This document shows positions 34,163 to 43,631 of a DNA stretch of 64,000 bases, in pieces (position 1 is the first letter of the stretch; every line of letters begins with the position of its first letter). The stretch is taken from NCBI GenBank assembly GCA_020060775.1, contig JAGUZN010000116.1:3995-67994 (forward strand), written 5' to 3'. Both the position numbers and the translations under genes were made by a program. Source of the stretch: Armatimonadota bacterium. GTDB lineage: Bacteria; Armatimonadota; Hebobacteria; CAIYQO01. Below the pieces are notes generated by a model that ran no database searches, was not told where the DNA came from, and saw nothing but the letters and a program-made list of their open reading frames with translations.

Positions 34163-34732
34163 ATGAGCGACCAATTGGCGAATGAACAGGCACTTGGCAT
34201 ACGCCTGCGGACCTTGCGCAAGCAAGCGAAACTCTCCATACGGCAACTCAGTAAGCTGGCCGGCGTGTCTGCCAGCTATGTCACCGGCGTGGAGTCCGGG
34301 CGCATTTCGCCCACCATCAGCACCTTCCGCAAGCTGCTGACTGCACTGGGCACTGACCTCGGTGGGTTCTTCGCCGAAGATACCGCACTGGGAGTAGAAG
34401 ACCATATCTTTCGCGCCGAGGCCATGCATCTGCTCAACGATGCTCACCGACGCTACACCTTTGTGCTGCCCCGTCGCACGAATATCCACGTCGAGGTGGT
34501 CGACGAGCGCATTCTGCCTGCCGACGCACCGGAATACGAGGTGCTCGCCTCCGACCTGGCCGGGTACGTGCTGGAGGGGGATATGGTGTTGGATATCAAA
34601 GATCAGCCGCCGCAACGCCTGCACCCGTTCGATGCCTTCTATATACCGGCGGGCACGCCGGTGCGCGGATTCTGTGCGCATTCGGACACCCCGGTGCACC
34701 TGATCACCATCTACACTCCGCCGCGCTACTAA
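34163..34732 (+). CDS. XRE-family HTH and cupin-domain transcriptional regulator
   Basis: LGIRLRTLRKQAKLSIRQLSKLAGVSASYVTGVESGRISPTISTFRKLLTALG, followed by a C-terminal cupin-like beta-barrel. Confidence 0.85.
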   Translation: MSDQLANEQALGIRLRTLRKQAKLSIRQLSKLAGVSASYVTGVESGRISPTISTFRKLLTALGTDLGGFFAEDTALGVEDHIFRAEAMHLLNDAHRRYTFVLPRRTNIHVEVVDERILPADAPEYEVLASDLAGYVLEGDMVLDIKDQPPQRLHPFDAFYIPAGTPVRGFCAHSDTPVHLITIYTPPRY

Positions 34733-34811
34733 CGGCTGCGATGAAGCGATCGCGCAAGCGTCATGCAACGTTATTTGCCGTCGCCTGTTAGACAGACTGT
34801 TCTCTATCATG

Positions 34812-34825
34812 GTACACTAGTGTAC
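34812..34825. promoter_or_regulatory. Perfect palindrome GTACACTAGTGTAC upstream of gene 34850
   Basis: Seen directly, flanked by TAGACAG / CTGTCTA. Function unknown. Confidence 0.3.
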
Positions 34826-34849
34826 TGTCTATGATCACAGAGGTGGCGT

Positions 34850-35911
34850 ATGAGCATCGCACTCCCCCTGCCCGGCATGACCTCACCTTATTTTGAGGGC
34901 GTTATCGGCCACACGGTGCCGGCATCGACCTTCCCGCTCGGGAATCTGCTCATCGATGACACGCGCTACGATTACGAGGGAAACTGGGCCTTCTGCCGCT
35001 TCACCGGCGATGAGGTGCTCGGGGCGCGCTTCGGCTTTGGCCGTGGCAAGGTCGACCTGCGGGATTACGGCGCTACTCATGAACCATCCTCCTCTTTCCT
35101 CATGCTGCATGTGGAGTTGATGCTGCGTGAAGGCGCCGTGCAGTGGCTGGCCACTGGCAACTATGATGCCCATCAGTTGACGGTCGCCGCCGATCTTCAT
35201 GACAACCGGCTGATTGACGGGGATCGGGAGATCATCCGCATCAGCGGTTGGCCCACGATGGATTGGCATATGGTTTCGGCGGACGGCGAGGCGGAGGTGG
35301 ATGTTGCCATCGCCTGCAAGACGGTGACCATCCTGCCCGACTGCCTTATGCCCAATAATCGCTTTGCCATGTGGCTAGCCATCGGTGCGATTCACGGCTC
35401 CGTGCGCTTCCGGGACCGTGTGCTGCCGGTATCCGGCACCGCCTTTTACGATCACCCGCGCATCAATGTCGTCTCGCACGCCGTGCCGCCGGTCGGTTGG
35501 TATCTCTACACGCCCATGCACTTTGATGACGGATCATCTCTCATCGCCTATTTCATGAAAGATGGGCATGGCAAGCAAGTGGAGTACTATACTTTCGGTC
35601 TCTTCATCGATCCGCAGGGGCAGGCCTCCTGGCTGCCGGAAGCGGAAATTATCGACCTTTCCTTCGATGCCGATGACAAACCTGCCGCCTGGCGAGCGTC
35701 GTTCCACACTGACGACCTGGACATCACGATGCAGGCACGTGTGGATGCGTGTACCGTAGTGAAGGCCTGGGGCAATGCACGCGTGGCGCATACACGACGA
35801 GAGAATACGAACTTCCCGCTGGTATTCAATGCCGAAGCCCGGATCAGGCGTGGCCTGCAGGATGCCATAATCAACGGCGGGGGATTGGCCGAATACATCG
35901 CCCACGCATAG
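34850..35911 (+). CDS. Hypothetical protein (353 aa)
   Basis: Long ORF with coding-like composition and no confident family motif. Confidence 0.6.
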   Translation: MSIALPLPGMTSPYFEGVIGHTVPASTFPLGNLLIDDTRYDYEGNWAFCRFTGDEVLGARFGFGRGKVDLRDYGATHEPSSSFLMLHVELMLREGAVQWLATGNYDAHQLTVAADLHDNRLIDGDREIIRISGWPTMDWHMVSADGEAEVDVAIACKTVTILPDCLMPNNRFAMWLAIGAIHGSVRFRDRVLPVSGTAFYDHPRINVVSHAVPPVGWYLYTPMHFDDGSSLIAYFMKDGHGKQVEYYTFGLFIDPQGQASWLPEAEIIDLSFDADDKPAAWRASFHTDDLDITMQARVDACTVVKAWGNARVAHTRRENTNFPLVFNAEARIRRGLQDAIINGGGLAEYIAHA

Positions 35912-35920
35912 TACAACACA

Positions 35921-35950
35921 CTGCGCCCCCGGTTGTCGCCGGGGGCGCAG
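35921..35950. terminator. Bidirectional terminator-like hairpin
   Basis: CTGCGCCCCCGG-ttgtcg-CCGGGGGCGCAG, a 12-bp perfect stem between convergent genes. Confidence 0.6.
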
Positions 35951-35974
35951 GCACGTATGCGTCCTGGCGTCGTG

Positions 35975-37141
35975 TTACGGTAACTGCACCTCGTAGGTGC
36001 GTCCCTCGTCGGACTCGCGGAGCTGCAATCGCTTCGGCTCCACTCCTTCCGGCATGCCAAACAGCGTGCGTACGCGCAGGGTTTGACCAGGCTTGAGCTC
36101 CTGCTCCACCAAACGATTTGCCGTAGCGTGCCACAGCACTTCGTACCATTCCAGTAGCTCGCCGTCTTCAGTGAACAGCGCAGGGATAAATGAATCCCAG
36201 CGTATATCACGATTCTCTCGCGTCTGATTCTTCACCGTGAGCGTCACGATTGCCAGCTTGCCGCCCTCTTCGGGTTCCTGATCTCCCACCGGGCCGTCAC
36301 TGTACTCCACTTTCTCCACCGTGGCATCGAATGCTTCCAGGCTGATCGGCGTGTTCATCTCGAAAGGCACGACATCCAGTGCATGGGCTCCCGTGTCATC
36401 AACCGGATCCACGTAAGGCGCCGATAACGGCGTCACCTTGCCGCGCAGGTCATAGCGGAGCACCGGGCCGTCATCGCCCGGCAGCACCATCAATTTCGGC
36501 ACCACGCCTTTCGCCGGTACGGTAAACAGGGTGTACCCCTCGACTTTTTGCGCCGGCTTTAACGCCATATCCAGTAGCTCGCCCGTTCGCTCATCGCCGA
36601 CGTAGTCGACCTGTTCGTGATTGATATTGAACGCATCCACCACGGTAAAGCGCAATGTATCCCAGCGGGCCAGCACTTCCTGGTCCGATTGGGGATTCTG
36701 CAACGCGTAATGGATGACGAGCAACTTCTCGCCGGCTTTGGGCACGAACAGCCGGTCGCCGATGCACACGCGCTGCGTGGTATACTCTGCTCGCAGCAGG
36801 GTGAAGTAGACCGGATTGCTCTGTCGCATGGCATAGACCACACCGAACTCAGCATTCTCGCCCGGGAGTTGCGCGGTGCCCGCGGCAGCGGTCTTGGTGG
36901 GTTGCGGTGTTGTCGTAGCGGTTGCGCCGTTGATGTACACCTTATGATTGGCGGCATCGTACGTCGCCTTGCCGCCGAGCAGCTTCATCAACGTCATAAT
37001 ATCGACATACGCCTTGCCGTCTTTCTCGATCACGGGCACGGCAGCCTGCTTCCCATTCACAATGACAGTCGTGGCGGCCACTGCCTGCATGGGAAGGGCC
37101 AGCACCAATGCAACTACGACAATATAGGCCATGCGCACCAT
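35975..37141 (-). CDS. Secreted protein with a copper-amine-oxidase-N-terminal-like 'stalk' domain and DUF4352-like Ig-fold domains
   Basis: ATG 37141 follows AAGGAG. Signal peptide MVRMAYIVVVALVLALPMQAVA. VIVNGKQAAVPVIEKDGKAYVDIMTLMKLLGGKATYD. Later beta-sandwich repeats are present (...LLVIHYALQNP...). Confidence 0.6.
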   Translation of the reverse strand: MVRMAYIVVVALVLALPMQAVAATTVIVNGKQAAVPVIEKDGKAYVDIMTLMKLLGGKATYDAANHKVYINGATATTTPQPTKTAAAGTAQLPGENAEFGVVYAMRQSNPVYFTLLRAEYTTQRVCIGDRLFVPKAGEKLLVIHYALQNPQSDQEVLARWDTLRFTVVDAFNINHEQVDYVGDERTGELLDMALKPAQKVEGYTLFTVPAKGVVPKLMVLPGDDGPVLRYDLRGKVTPLSAPYVDPVDDTGAHALDVVPFEMNTPISLEAFDATVEKVEYSDGPVGDQEPEEGGKLAIVTLTVKNQTRENRDIRWDSFIPALFTEDGELLEWYEVLWHATANRLVEQELKPGQTLRVRTLFGMPEGVEPKRLQLRESDEGRTYEVQLP

Positions 37142-37445
37142 AGAAATGCTCCTTCTTCGCTCGTATGATGTGCGAGCGGATAACACGGGTAACACGCCAA
37201 TGATGACGTGCTCCTTCCTCTTGTTCGCCATTCCGTCCACTACTCCTCGTATCACAAAGCCTGACTGCGAACACGGGTTGCAGCAGCTGGTACCGGTATA
37301 CGTATGATTACGTTGGGCGGCACGGCGAAAAGCAATACGATACCGAGGTTGTTGTCTTGTGAAATAAACGTTAATTCGTTATACTTCGTACCATCGGCAA
37401 TCTCCCCCATAACACCGATGGCACTCTAACTGTAGGTGGAACCAG

Positions 37446-38810
37446 ATGATGGATATGACTCAGGTGAATGTACCGGCTGAAACGCAGACTGCAACGCTGC
37501 ACCTGCCCGGCCAACCGCCCTTTGACATGGCGGTAACCGTGGGCACGGAAAACGAGCATGCCTTTGATGTTACGCAACTCCGCAGTAACACCGGCTATAT
37601 TACATTGGATAACGGCTATGGCAACACAGGCTCCTGCACCAGCGCCATCACCTATATTGACGGTGACAAGGGCATTCTGCGCTACCGCGGCTATCCGATC
37701 GAGCAGTTGGCGGTAAACAGCTCGTTTGTCGAGGTGGCGTGGCTGCTCATCTATGGTGAATTGCCCACCCCTCAGCAACTCCGACGCTTCCGGCAGTTGT
37801 TGACTGAACATGAAATGCTGCACGAGGGGCTGCGTCATCATTTTGAGGGCTTCCCGCCCAGTGCGCATCCGATGGCCATGCTCTCGGCCATGATCAACGC
37901 CTCCAGTTGCTACCATCCCGAACTGATAGAAAACGACGACGAGGAGAACTTCATGGCCTCGGCCGCCAAGCTGATGAGCAAAGTGCGCACCATCGCCGCC
38001 TTTAGCTTCAAGAAATCGCTGGGGCAGCCGATCGTCTACCCGCATCCTGAAAAAAGCTATTGCCGCAACTTCCTGCACATGATGTTCTCCATCCCCTATG
38101 CGCCGTACGAGCCGAGTCCCGAGGTGCTGGGGGCGTTCATGAAGTTCCTCATTCTGCATGCCGACCACGAGCAGAACTGCTCCACTTCGACAGTGCGCAT
38201 GGTCTGCTCCTCCGGGGCCAATCTCTTCGCTTCGGTGGCGGCGGGCGTGTGCGCGCTCTGGGGACCGCTGCACGGTGGCGCCAACCAATCAGCCATCGAG
38301 ATGCTGCAGAAGATTTACGCGAGCGGCGAGAGCGTGAAAACCATCGTCGAACAGGTGAAAGAGAAGAAGTTCCGCCTGATGGGCTTTGGCCATCGCGTGT
38401 ACAAGAGCTACGACCCGCGCGCCATCATCCTCAAGCAGGCGCTGCAAGATCTGCTGAAGCGTACCGGACAGGAAGATCCACTGATGGATATCGCGATGGA
38501 GCTCGAAGAGGTCGCCCTTACCGACGACTACTTCATCAGCCGCAGCTTATACCCGAACGTGGACTTTTATTCGGGGCTGATTCTGCGCAACATCGGCATC
38601 CCGGTGAATATGTTCACCGTGATGTTCGCCATTGGCCGCATCCCCGGCTGGATTGCCCACTGGTACGAGCAGCGCCGCAGCGGCGGTCGCATTTTCCGCC
38701 CACGGCAGGTGTATACCGGTGCGACCGAGCGTAATTACCTGTCAATTGAGGAGCGCAATGGTTGTGCAAACGACCTTGGTTGTGATGCCGCGTACCTGCG
38801 TGGCATCTAG
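37446..38810 (+). CDS. gltA: Citrate synthase
   Basis: ILRYRGYPIEQLA, LILHADHEQNCSTSTVRMV, GPLHGGANQ, GFGHRVYKSYDPRA. Confidence 0.95.
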   Translation: MMDMTQVNVPAETQTATLHLPGQPPFDMAVTVGTENEHAFDVTQLRSNTGYITLDNGYGNTGSCTSAITYIDGDKGILRYRGYPIEQLAVNSSFVEVAWLLIYGELPTPQQLRRFRQLLTEHEMLHEGLRHHFEGFPPSAHPMAMLSAMINASSCYHPELIENDDEENFMASAAKLMSKVRTIAAFSFKKSLGQPIVYPHPEKSYCRNFLHMMFSIPYAPYEPSPEVLGAFMKFLILHADHEQNCSTSTVRMVCSSGANLFASVAAGVCALWGPLHGGANQSAIEMLQKIYASGESVKTIVEQVKEKKFRLMGFGHRVYKSYDPRAIILKQALQDLLKRTGQEDPLMDIAMELEEVALTDDYFISRSLYPNVDFYSGLILRNIGIPVNMFTVMFAIGRIPGWIAHWYEQRRSGGRIFRPRQVYTGATERNYLSIEERNGCANDLGCDAAYLRGI

Positions 38811-38834
38811 CAATCGATCGACACACCCCTCCGC

Positions 38835-38866
38835 CGCCCCCGCGTTGCTCGATCAGCGCGGGGGCG
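38835..38866 (+). terminator. Terminator-like hairpin after gltA
   Basis: CGCCCCCGCG-N12-CGCGGGGGCG, a 10-bp perfect stem. Confidence 0.5.
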
Positions 38867-38900
38867 AAGTATTATGTACAGGCGCATCAGTAGTCGTACA

Positions 38901-38940
38901 AGACAACGCCCCCTGGCATCTGCACCAGGGGGCGTTGTCT
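38901..38940. terminator. Long perfect hairpin between convergent genes
   Basis: AGACAACGCCCCCTGG-catctgca-CCAGGGGGCGTTGTCT, a 16-bp perfect stem. Confidence 0.6.
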
Positions 38941-38960
38941 ACGCACGACTGTGCGATGAC

Positions 38961-40238
38961 TTACAAGCCGTATTTCGTCTCCAGATACTGCATCACGCTC
39001 TTCCGGTCGCCGTCAGACAACGCCGGGGTGAACATCAGCACTTCGGCAATGTCGATCTGCGCCGGGTTGTAGTACCAGGCACCGCAGCAGAAGCGCATGC
39101 CGACAAAGGTATCGGCGAAATAGACGGTTGCAGGCGTGGCATCGTAAGCAGAGTAGTTATCGTCAATGAACACGGCGTGTTTGTTGCCGGCAGCCGGACT
39201 CACCGATGTCCCGAGGATGTGGAAATGACCAGGGCCGTGATCCCCCACAGTCTCAGTTTTGTTCGGGAAGACCCACCAGGAGCTTAACGCGCTGATCTGT
39301 GTGCTGGCGGTGAGCGGATTGCCCGCCTGTGTCTCCAGGCAGAACCCGGTCGTCCAGTTGCTGAGTGTCGTGCTGCAGCTCACCACGGAACTGATGTGAG
39401 CGGCCGGCGTATTGGCATTCGGGGCAGCGACCGCCATGATGGTAGCGCCGGCGCCGCCATCATTGTTGGGGTTGAACGCCGCGGCATTACGCAAGAATCC
39501 ATTGTTCGACACATTGGCGGCCGGGGCAGTCGCGCGGAAGCGCAGGGCCGGCATCCCATTGCGCGTGGCACTGGCGATGAATTGCGGGCTGGCGCCCGCG
39601 CCGGCATTGGCCATACTCACCATGTGGTTGCCCTTCGGGCTGAGATCGTCCCAGGTCGTGACTTCACTACTATTGGTTGCACCCAACACATCAGCCGCCA
39701 GCCAGAGTACCAGCCCATTGCCCGTGGGCAGGAAGGGCGTGCGGAAGATGCTGACATGGCCGTCCATGAACGCGGCGACCGCGACATTGCTGTGCCGAAA
39801 ATCAGCATCTTCGGCATAGTAGGCCACATTGTCATAGGTGACCGTCGGGGTAGTGGTGGCGGCATGCTGGCCGTCAGCGATGAGAAAAGTTGTTGAAGGC
39901 GAGGCAAACTCGCCCAGCGACTTGCTGCTGACCAGATTGCTGTACACGTACGCGTTGGCGACCTTTTTGCCTTTGGTGGGGCACATGAGGATGTTGCGAT
40001 CCACGTTGATCTCCGGCCACACGTTGGACGAGTCGGGCAGCATTTCATCGTGGTCCTGCGCCCACATGAGGATGGCGACGGCGATCTGCCGCTGGTTGTT
40101 CAGGCAGCTCGACTGACGCGCTTTCTCACGCGCTTTGGCAAAGACCGGGAAGAGTATCGCCGCCAAGATGGCAATGATAGCGATGACGACTAGGAGCTCG
40201 ATGAGCGTGAAGCCCATCCGTTGAGATGGTGTGCGCAT
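38961..40238 (-). CDS. Pseudopilin-like protein: prepilin N-terminus, H-X9-DG motif and a C-terminal LamG/concanavalin-A-like domain
   Basis: MRTPSQRMG|[36 protein letters not shown]; [13 protein letters not shown]. The C-terminus (GLVLWLAAD...[12 protein letters not shown]...[31 protein letters not shown]) is typical of LamG_3. Confidence 0.88.
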   Translation of the reverse strand: MRTPSQRMGFTLIELLVVIAIIAILAAILFPVFAKAREKARQSSCLNNQRQIAVAILMWAQDHDEMLPDSSNVWPEINVDRNILMCPTKGKKVANAYVYSNLVSSKSLGEFASPSTTFLIADGQHAATTTPTVTYDNVAYYAEDADFRHSNVAVAAFMDGHVSIFRTPFLPTGNGLVLWLAADVLGATNSSEVTTWDDLSPKGNHMVSMANAGAGASPQFIASATRNGMPALRFRATAPAANVSNNGFLRNAAAFNPNNDGGAGATIMAVAAPNANTPAAHISSVVSCSTTLSNWTTGFCLETQAGNPLTASTQISALSSWWVFPNKTETVGDHGPGHFHILGTSVSPAAGNKHAVFIDDNYSAYDATPATVYFADTFVGMRFCCGAWYYNPAQIDIAEVLMFTPALSDGDRKSVMQYLETKYGL

Positions 40239-40528
40239 GAGTAATTCCCTCCTACAGTGAGTATCGATTCATTGTTTATCCATACCGCGCTATGGTTAGC
40301 GGTAACGGGATTGAATGATGATATCACAGCTAGTGCAGTTTGACAAGCCGTGCGACAGTTACGTGAGAAACTTCAATGGAACTGTCGCTGAACGCTGCAG
40401 ACGCATCCCCTGTCGTGACAGGGGATGTTCGGCAACAGCACACACTGGGTTACGAAACACGGCGATATTGTCCCTTCACTGTTATAATGGATGGCAGCAG
40501 GAACGGTGTTTGACACCGGGAGAGAATT

Positions 40529-40951
40529 ATGCGTACGGCGGTGATCTACAAATCCGTTTTCCATTCGACAGCGCAGTATGCGCGCTGGTTGGCTGAAGCA
40601 TTGGGGGCCGAATTGCTCGCAATGAACAAGGCGAAAGATCTTGCGCGTTTCGATCGGGTCGTCGTCATGTCCGGCACATATGCGGGTGGAATGCCGCTCG
40701 TCGGGTACTTGAAGAAATACTGGCCACAACTGCAGGGCAAAGAGGTGGTGGTGGTTGCCGTGGGCGCTGCTCCGGCGGATGATCCGGCAAGCCAGTTGAG
40801 CTACGAGAAGATCCCTCCGGAGATTCGCGAGCAGATCACCTACTTCAAGATTCGCGGGGCCACACCGTTTGCCAAGGCAGCCCAGCGCGAACAGGAGGTT
40901 CGTCGCGAACATCTTGCGCCGGTGTTGCAGCACTTGCAACGGGACGAGTAG
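40529..40951 (+). CDS. Flavodoxin-like domain protein
   Basis: MRTAVIYKSVFHSTAQYARWLAEALGAEL...VVVMSGTYAGG. Confidence 0.7.
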   Translation: MRTAVIYKSVFHSTAQYARWLAEALGAELLAMNKAKDLARFDRVVVMSGTYAGGMPLVGYLKKYWPQLQGKEVVVVAVGAAPADDPASQLSYEKIPPEIREQITYFKIRGATPFAKAAQREQEVRREHLAPVLQHLQRDE

Positions 40952-40957
40952 CACAGA

Positions 40958-43231
40958 TCACGATGCTTCTTGTCCTGCAGTTGCACGGGGCAGTGTGAAG
41001 AAGAACGTGCTCCCCTTGCCCAATTCGCTCTCCACCCAGATGCGTCCGCCATGCGCTTCCACGAGCAGACGAGTGATGTAGAGTCCTAAGCCGATCCCCT
41101 CGGCACGGCTCTCGCCGCGCGCACGGTAGTAGCGCTGGAACAACAGCGGTATTTCATCGGGGGGTATGCCCTGCCCCCGGTCGGTCACGGCCATCACCAC
41201 TTCACCGTCGTGCGGATAGGCGCGCACGGTCACCGGCGTGCCGGGATCAGAATACTTCAGTGCATTGGACAGCAGGTTAATCACAATACGCTCCAGCCGG
41301 TCATAGTCGGCCCATACCGGGGGCAGGTCGTCGGGTATATCCAGCTGGATGCGCTCGGTTTCCAACACGGTCCCCGTCCGCCTGAGGAGGCGCGTGAGAT
41401 ATTCCGGCAGCACCACCGCTTCACGCGTCAGCGGCAACCTCCTCCCTTCATAGCGCGCCACATCCACGAGATCCTGAATCATATTGTTCAGCCGTTGTGC
41501 GCTTCGTAGAATCGCAAAGACGCCGGCCTGGTACTCCTCTCGCGCAGCACTCGCTGCCAGATCTTCTTTGAGCAACTGGGCGTGGCCTTGAATCACCGAG
41601 AGCGGCACGCGCAAGTCATGGGAAATCAGCCGGAGCATCTCTTCCATTTGCTCCTGGGTATCATGCACTTCCGTGATGTCAGTAAACGTTCCCACCACGC
41701 CCAGCACCTCGCCCGCGGTGGTGCGAATCGGCGCGGCGCCCAGCGAAACCCAGCGGCGCATGCCGCTGCGCGTGACCATCACAGCAATACTGCCCTGCAT
41801 CGCTTCACCGTGCAGGGCGCGTTGCAACGGCACCATCTCCTGCGGGAAGGGAGAGCTTTGCGGCATTTCGACCGTCATGTCGCCGAGCAACTCGGCAAAT
41901 GTCGTCGGCTCGGCGCCCGGCGTGTATTCCAGCAACGCCTGCGCGGCCGGGTTTACACGAATCACCTCGCCTGCCGCATTGGCAATCACGACGCCGTCGG
42001 TGATGGAGGCAATGGTCGTATCCAGTTCCGCCAGCAAGCGTTCCCGCTCATCTTCGGCGCGCTTGCGTTCGCTGATATCGCGCACATTAGCCATGATGAC
42101 ATCCTGGCCATGCAGTTGAATCGCGCGCAGGTAGACTTCGACATAGAACTCCTCGCCGGTATGCGGGCGACGCGCCAGCCATTCAAAGAACTGGGGCTGG
42201 CCCGCAATGACGCGAGACCAGATGCTCGGCAACTCATCAAGCGGATTGCTCGGCGAGGAAAAATCATGAACAATGGTCATACGACGCGCTTCTTCACGCG
42301 TCACCCCGTACATGGCCAGCATGCGATCGTTGACATCGATAATGGCGCCGTCGCGCGCATGCAAAAAGATCGCATCGTAGACACTGTTGAAAATGGTGCG
42401 TAACCGCTCTTCCGATTCGCGCAAGGCCCGTTCAGCCTGAATCCGAGCGGTGATATCATGCCCAATGGCCGAAATGCCGATGATCCGGTTACGGGCATCG
42501 ATGATGGGAGAGAGGCTCAACGAGACATGGATGCGTACGCCATCCTTGCGCAAACGTTCTGTCTCCATCCGGGCCACGCGCTCGCCGTGCGCGACACGGC
42601 GAAACAGCGCATGATAGGCTGGTAATTCTTCAGGAGGGATGATGATATCAATCGGATGTCCGATCACTTCTTCGGCGGTATACCCGTATAAATGCATAGC
42701 ACCGGCATTCCAACTGGTGATGATGCCATCGACGGTTTTCCCGATAATCGCGTCCTCTGACGAACTCACAATCGCCGCCAGGCGGGCGCGTACCTCCTCA
42801 TCCCGCTTGCGTTGGGTGATATCGGTCAGTACGACCACCACCCCTTCCAACTGCCTTTTCGGGTCAAAGAGTGGCGCCGCATTCATCAGCAAGGTCAGGC
42901 GCGATTCGTCCGGCCGGACCAGCACAATTTCGACCGCCGAGATGGCGCGCGCCTCGCGCAACACCTGCATGAAGGGGATCTCACTTCCGGTAAGCCGTTC
43001 ATCCTCCAATGAATAGAACTGCCAGGCGAGATCATCAGGTGAACGACCCACGAGCGCTTGCCGCGGTACCGCAAAAATGTGTATCGCATTGTTATTGGCA
43101 TATGTGACCACCCCCTGGTCATTCAGGATGAGAATACCGTCGGTGACGGTTTCCACCACGCGAGCGAATTGCTCATCATAGACGCAGGCTGGACACGATT
43201 CATCCGGTTCCATTCCCTCGGGTACCGCCAT
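40958..43231 (-). CDS. Cytoplasmic multi-PAS sensor histidine kinase
   Basis: Several PAS repeats (...[12 protein letters not shown]..., ...[14 protein letters not shown]..., ...[13 protein letters not shown]..., ...[13 protein letters not shown]...). H-box [14 protein letters not shown]. HATPase [37 protein letters not shown]. No TM segment is evident, and no response regulator is adjacent. Confidence 0.9.
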   Translation of the reverse strand: MAVPEGMEPDESCPACVYDEQFARVVETVTDGILILNDQGVVTYANNNAIHIFAVPRQALVGRSPDDLAWQFYSLEDERLTGSEIPFMQVLREARAISAVEIVLVRPDESRLTLLMNAAPLFDPKRQLEGVVVVLTDITQRKRDEEVRARLAAIVSSSEDAIIGKTVDGIITSWNAGAMHLYGYTAEEVIGHPIDIIIPPEELPAYHALFRRVAHGERVARMETERLRKDGVRIHVSLSLSPIIDARNRIIGISAIGHDITARIQAERALRESEERLRTIFNSVYDAIFLHARDGAIIDVNDRMLAMYGVTREEARRMTIVHDFSSPSNPLDELPSIWSRVIAGQPQFFEWLARRPHTGEEFYVEVYLRAIQLHGQDVIMANVRDISERKRAEDERERLLAELDTTIASITDGVVIANAAGEVIRVNPAAQALLEYTPGAEPTTFAELLGDMTVEMPQSSPFPQEMVPLQRALHGEAMQGSIAVMVTRSGMRRWVSLGAAPIRTTAGEVLGVVGTFTDITEVHDTQEQMEEMLRLISHDLRVPLSVIQGHAQLLKEDLAASAAREEYQAGVFAILRSAQRLNNMIQDLVDVARYEGRRLPLTREAVVLPEYLTRLLRRTGTVLETERIQLDIPDDLPPVWADYDRLERIVINLLSNALKYSDPGTPVTVRAYPHDGEVVMAVTDRGQGIPPDEIPLLFQRYYRARGESRAEGIGLGLYITRLLVEAHGGRIWVESELGKGSTFFFTLPRATAGQEAS

Positions 43232-43411
43232 TCCTCGCTCTCCACTGTGCTGGACACGCTATGCTGGTTATAGCATAGCGCCAACATTACATGCGGGCTG
43301 ACCGCAAACGCCACATCATTTTCACCAGGTGCGAACATATCCGCTGTTCACACGATCCGATGCAATCGTATACATCAATGTGGTTATCCCAGCGGTGGAC
43401 CGACCAATCTA

Positions 43412-43440
43412 TTGACGGGATGGCTGTGCTCGGCTATAGT
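43412..43440 (+). promoter_or_regulatory. Near-consensus sigma70-like promoter upstream of the giant-gene operon
   Basis: TTGACG (43412-43417), 17-nt spacer, TATAGT (43435-43440). It implies a ~185-nt leader before ATG 43632. Confidence 0.55.
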
Positions 43441-43631
43441 GAACACAGCAACAGTACCTACAGCCAAGTACGCTTTGACCGATTCGGTCGCAGAGCAGCG
43501 TATGCCTCTGGATGCCCCACATGCCTGGGCGTCCCACGCCGGGAACACGGACTGCCCGCGTGCAACCTTCAGCCCCACCTGCGGCAGCAGCCTTCATCTC
43601 TGCCACTTTAGCGTAACAAGAGGGGGGGATT

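Noticed and set aside
1-40238. The five pseudopilin-like genes were considered as a type II secretion or type IV pilus gene cluster.
   Set aside because: No assembly ATPase, inner-membrane platform, secretin, alignment proteins or prepilin peptidase are encoded in the window. The genes are individually promoted and terminated and are associated with LacI regulators, so a pilus-machine call is not supported here.
40404-40428. A perfect 11-bp hairpin CATCCCCTGTC-gtg-GACAGGGGATG in the 40239-40528 intergenic region was considered as a terminator or sRNA.
   Set aside because: It lies between divergent gene starts, so there is nothing upstream to terminate. It has no U-tract on either strand. I note it only as a possible protein-binding palindrome, without further support.
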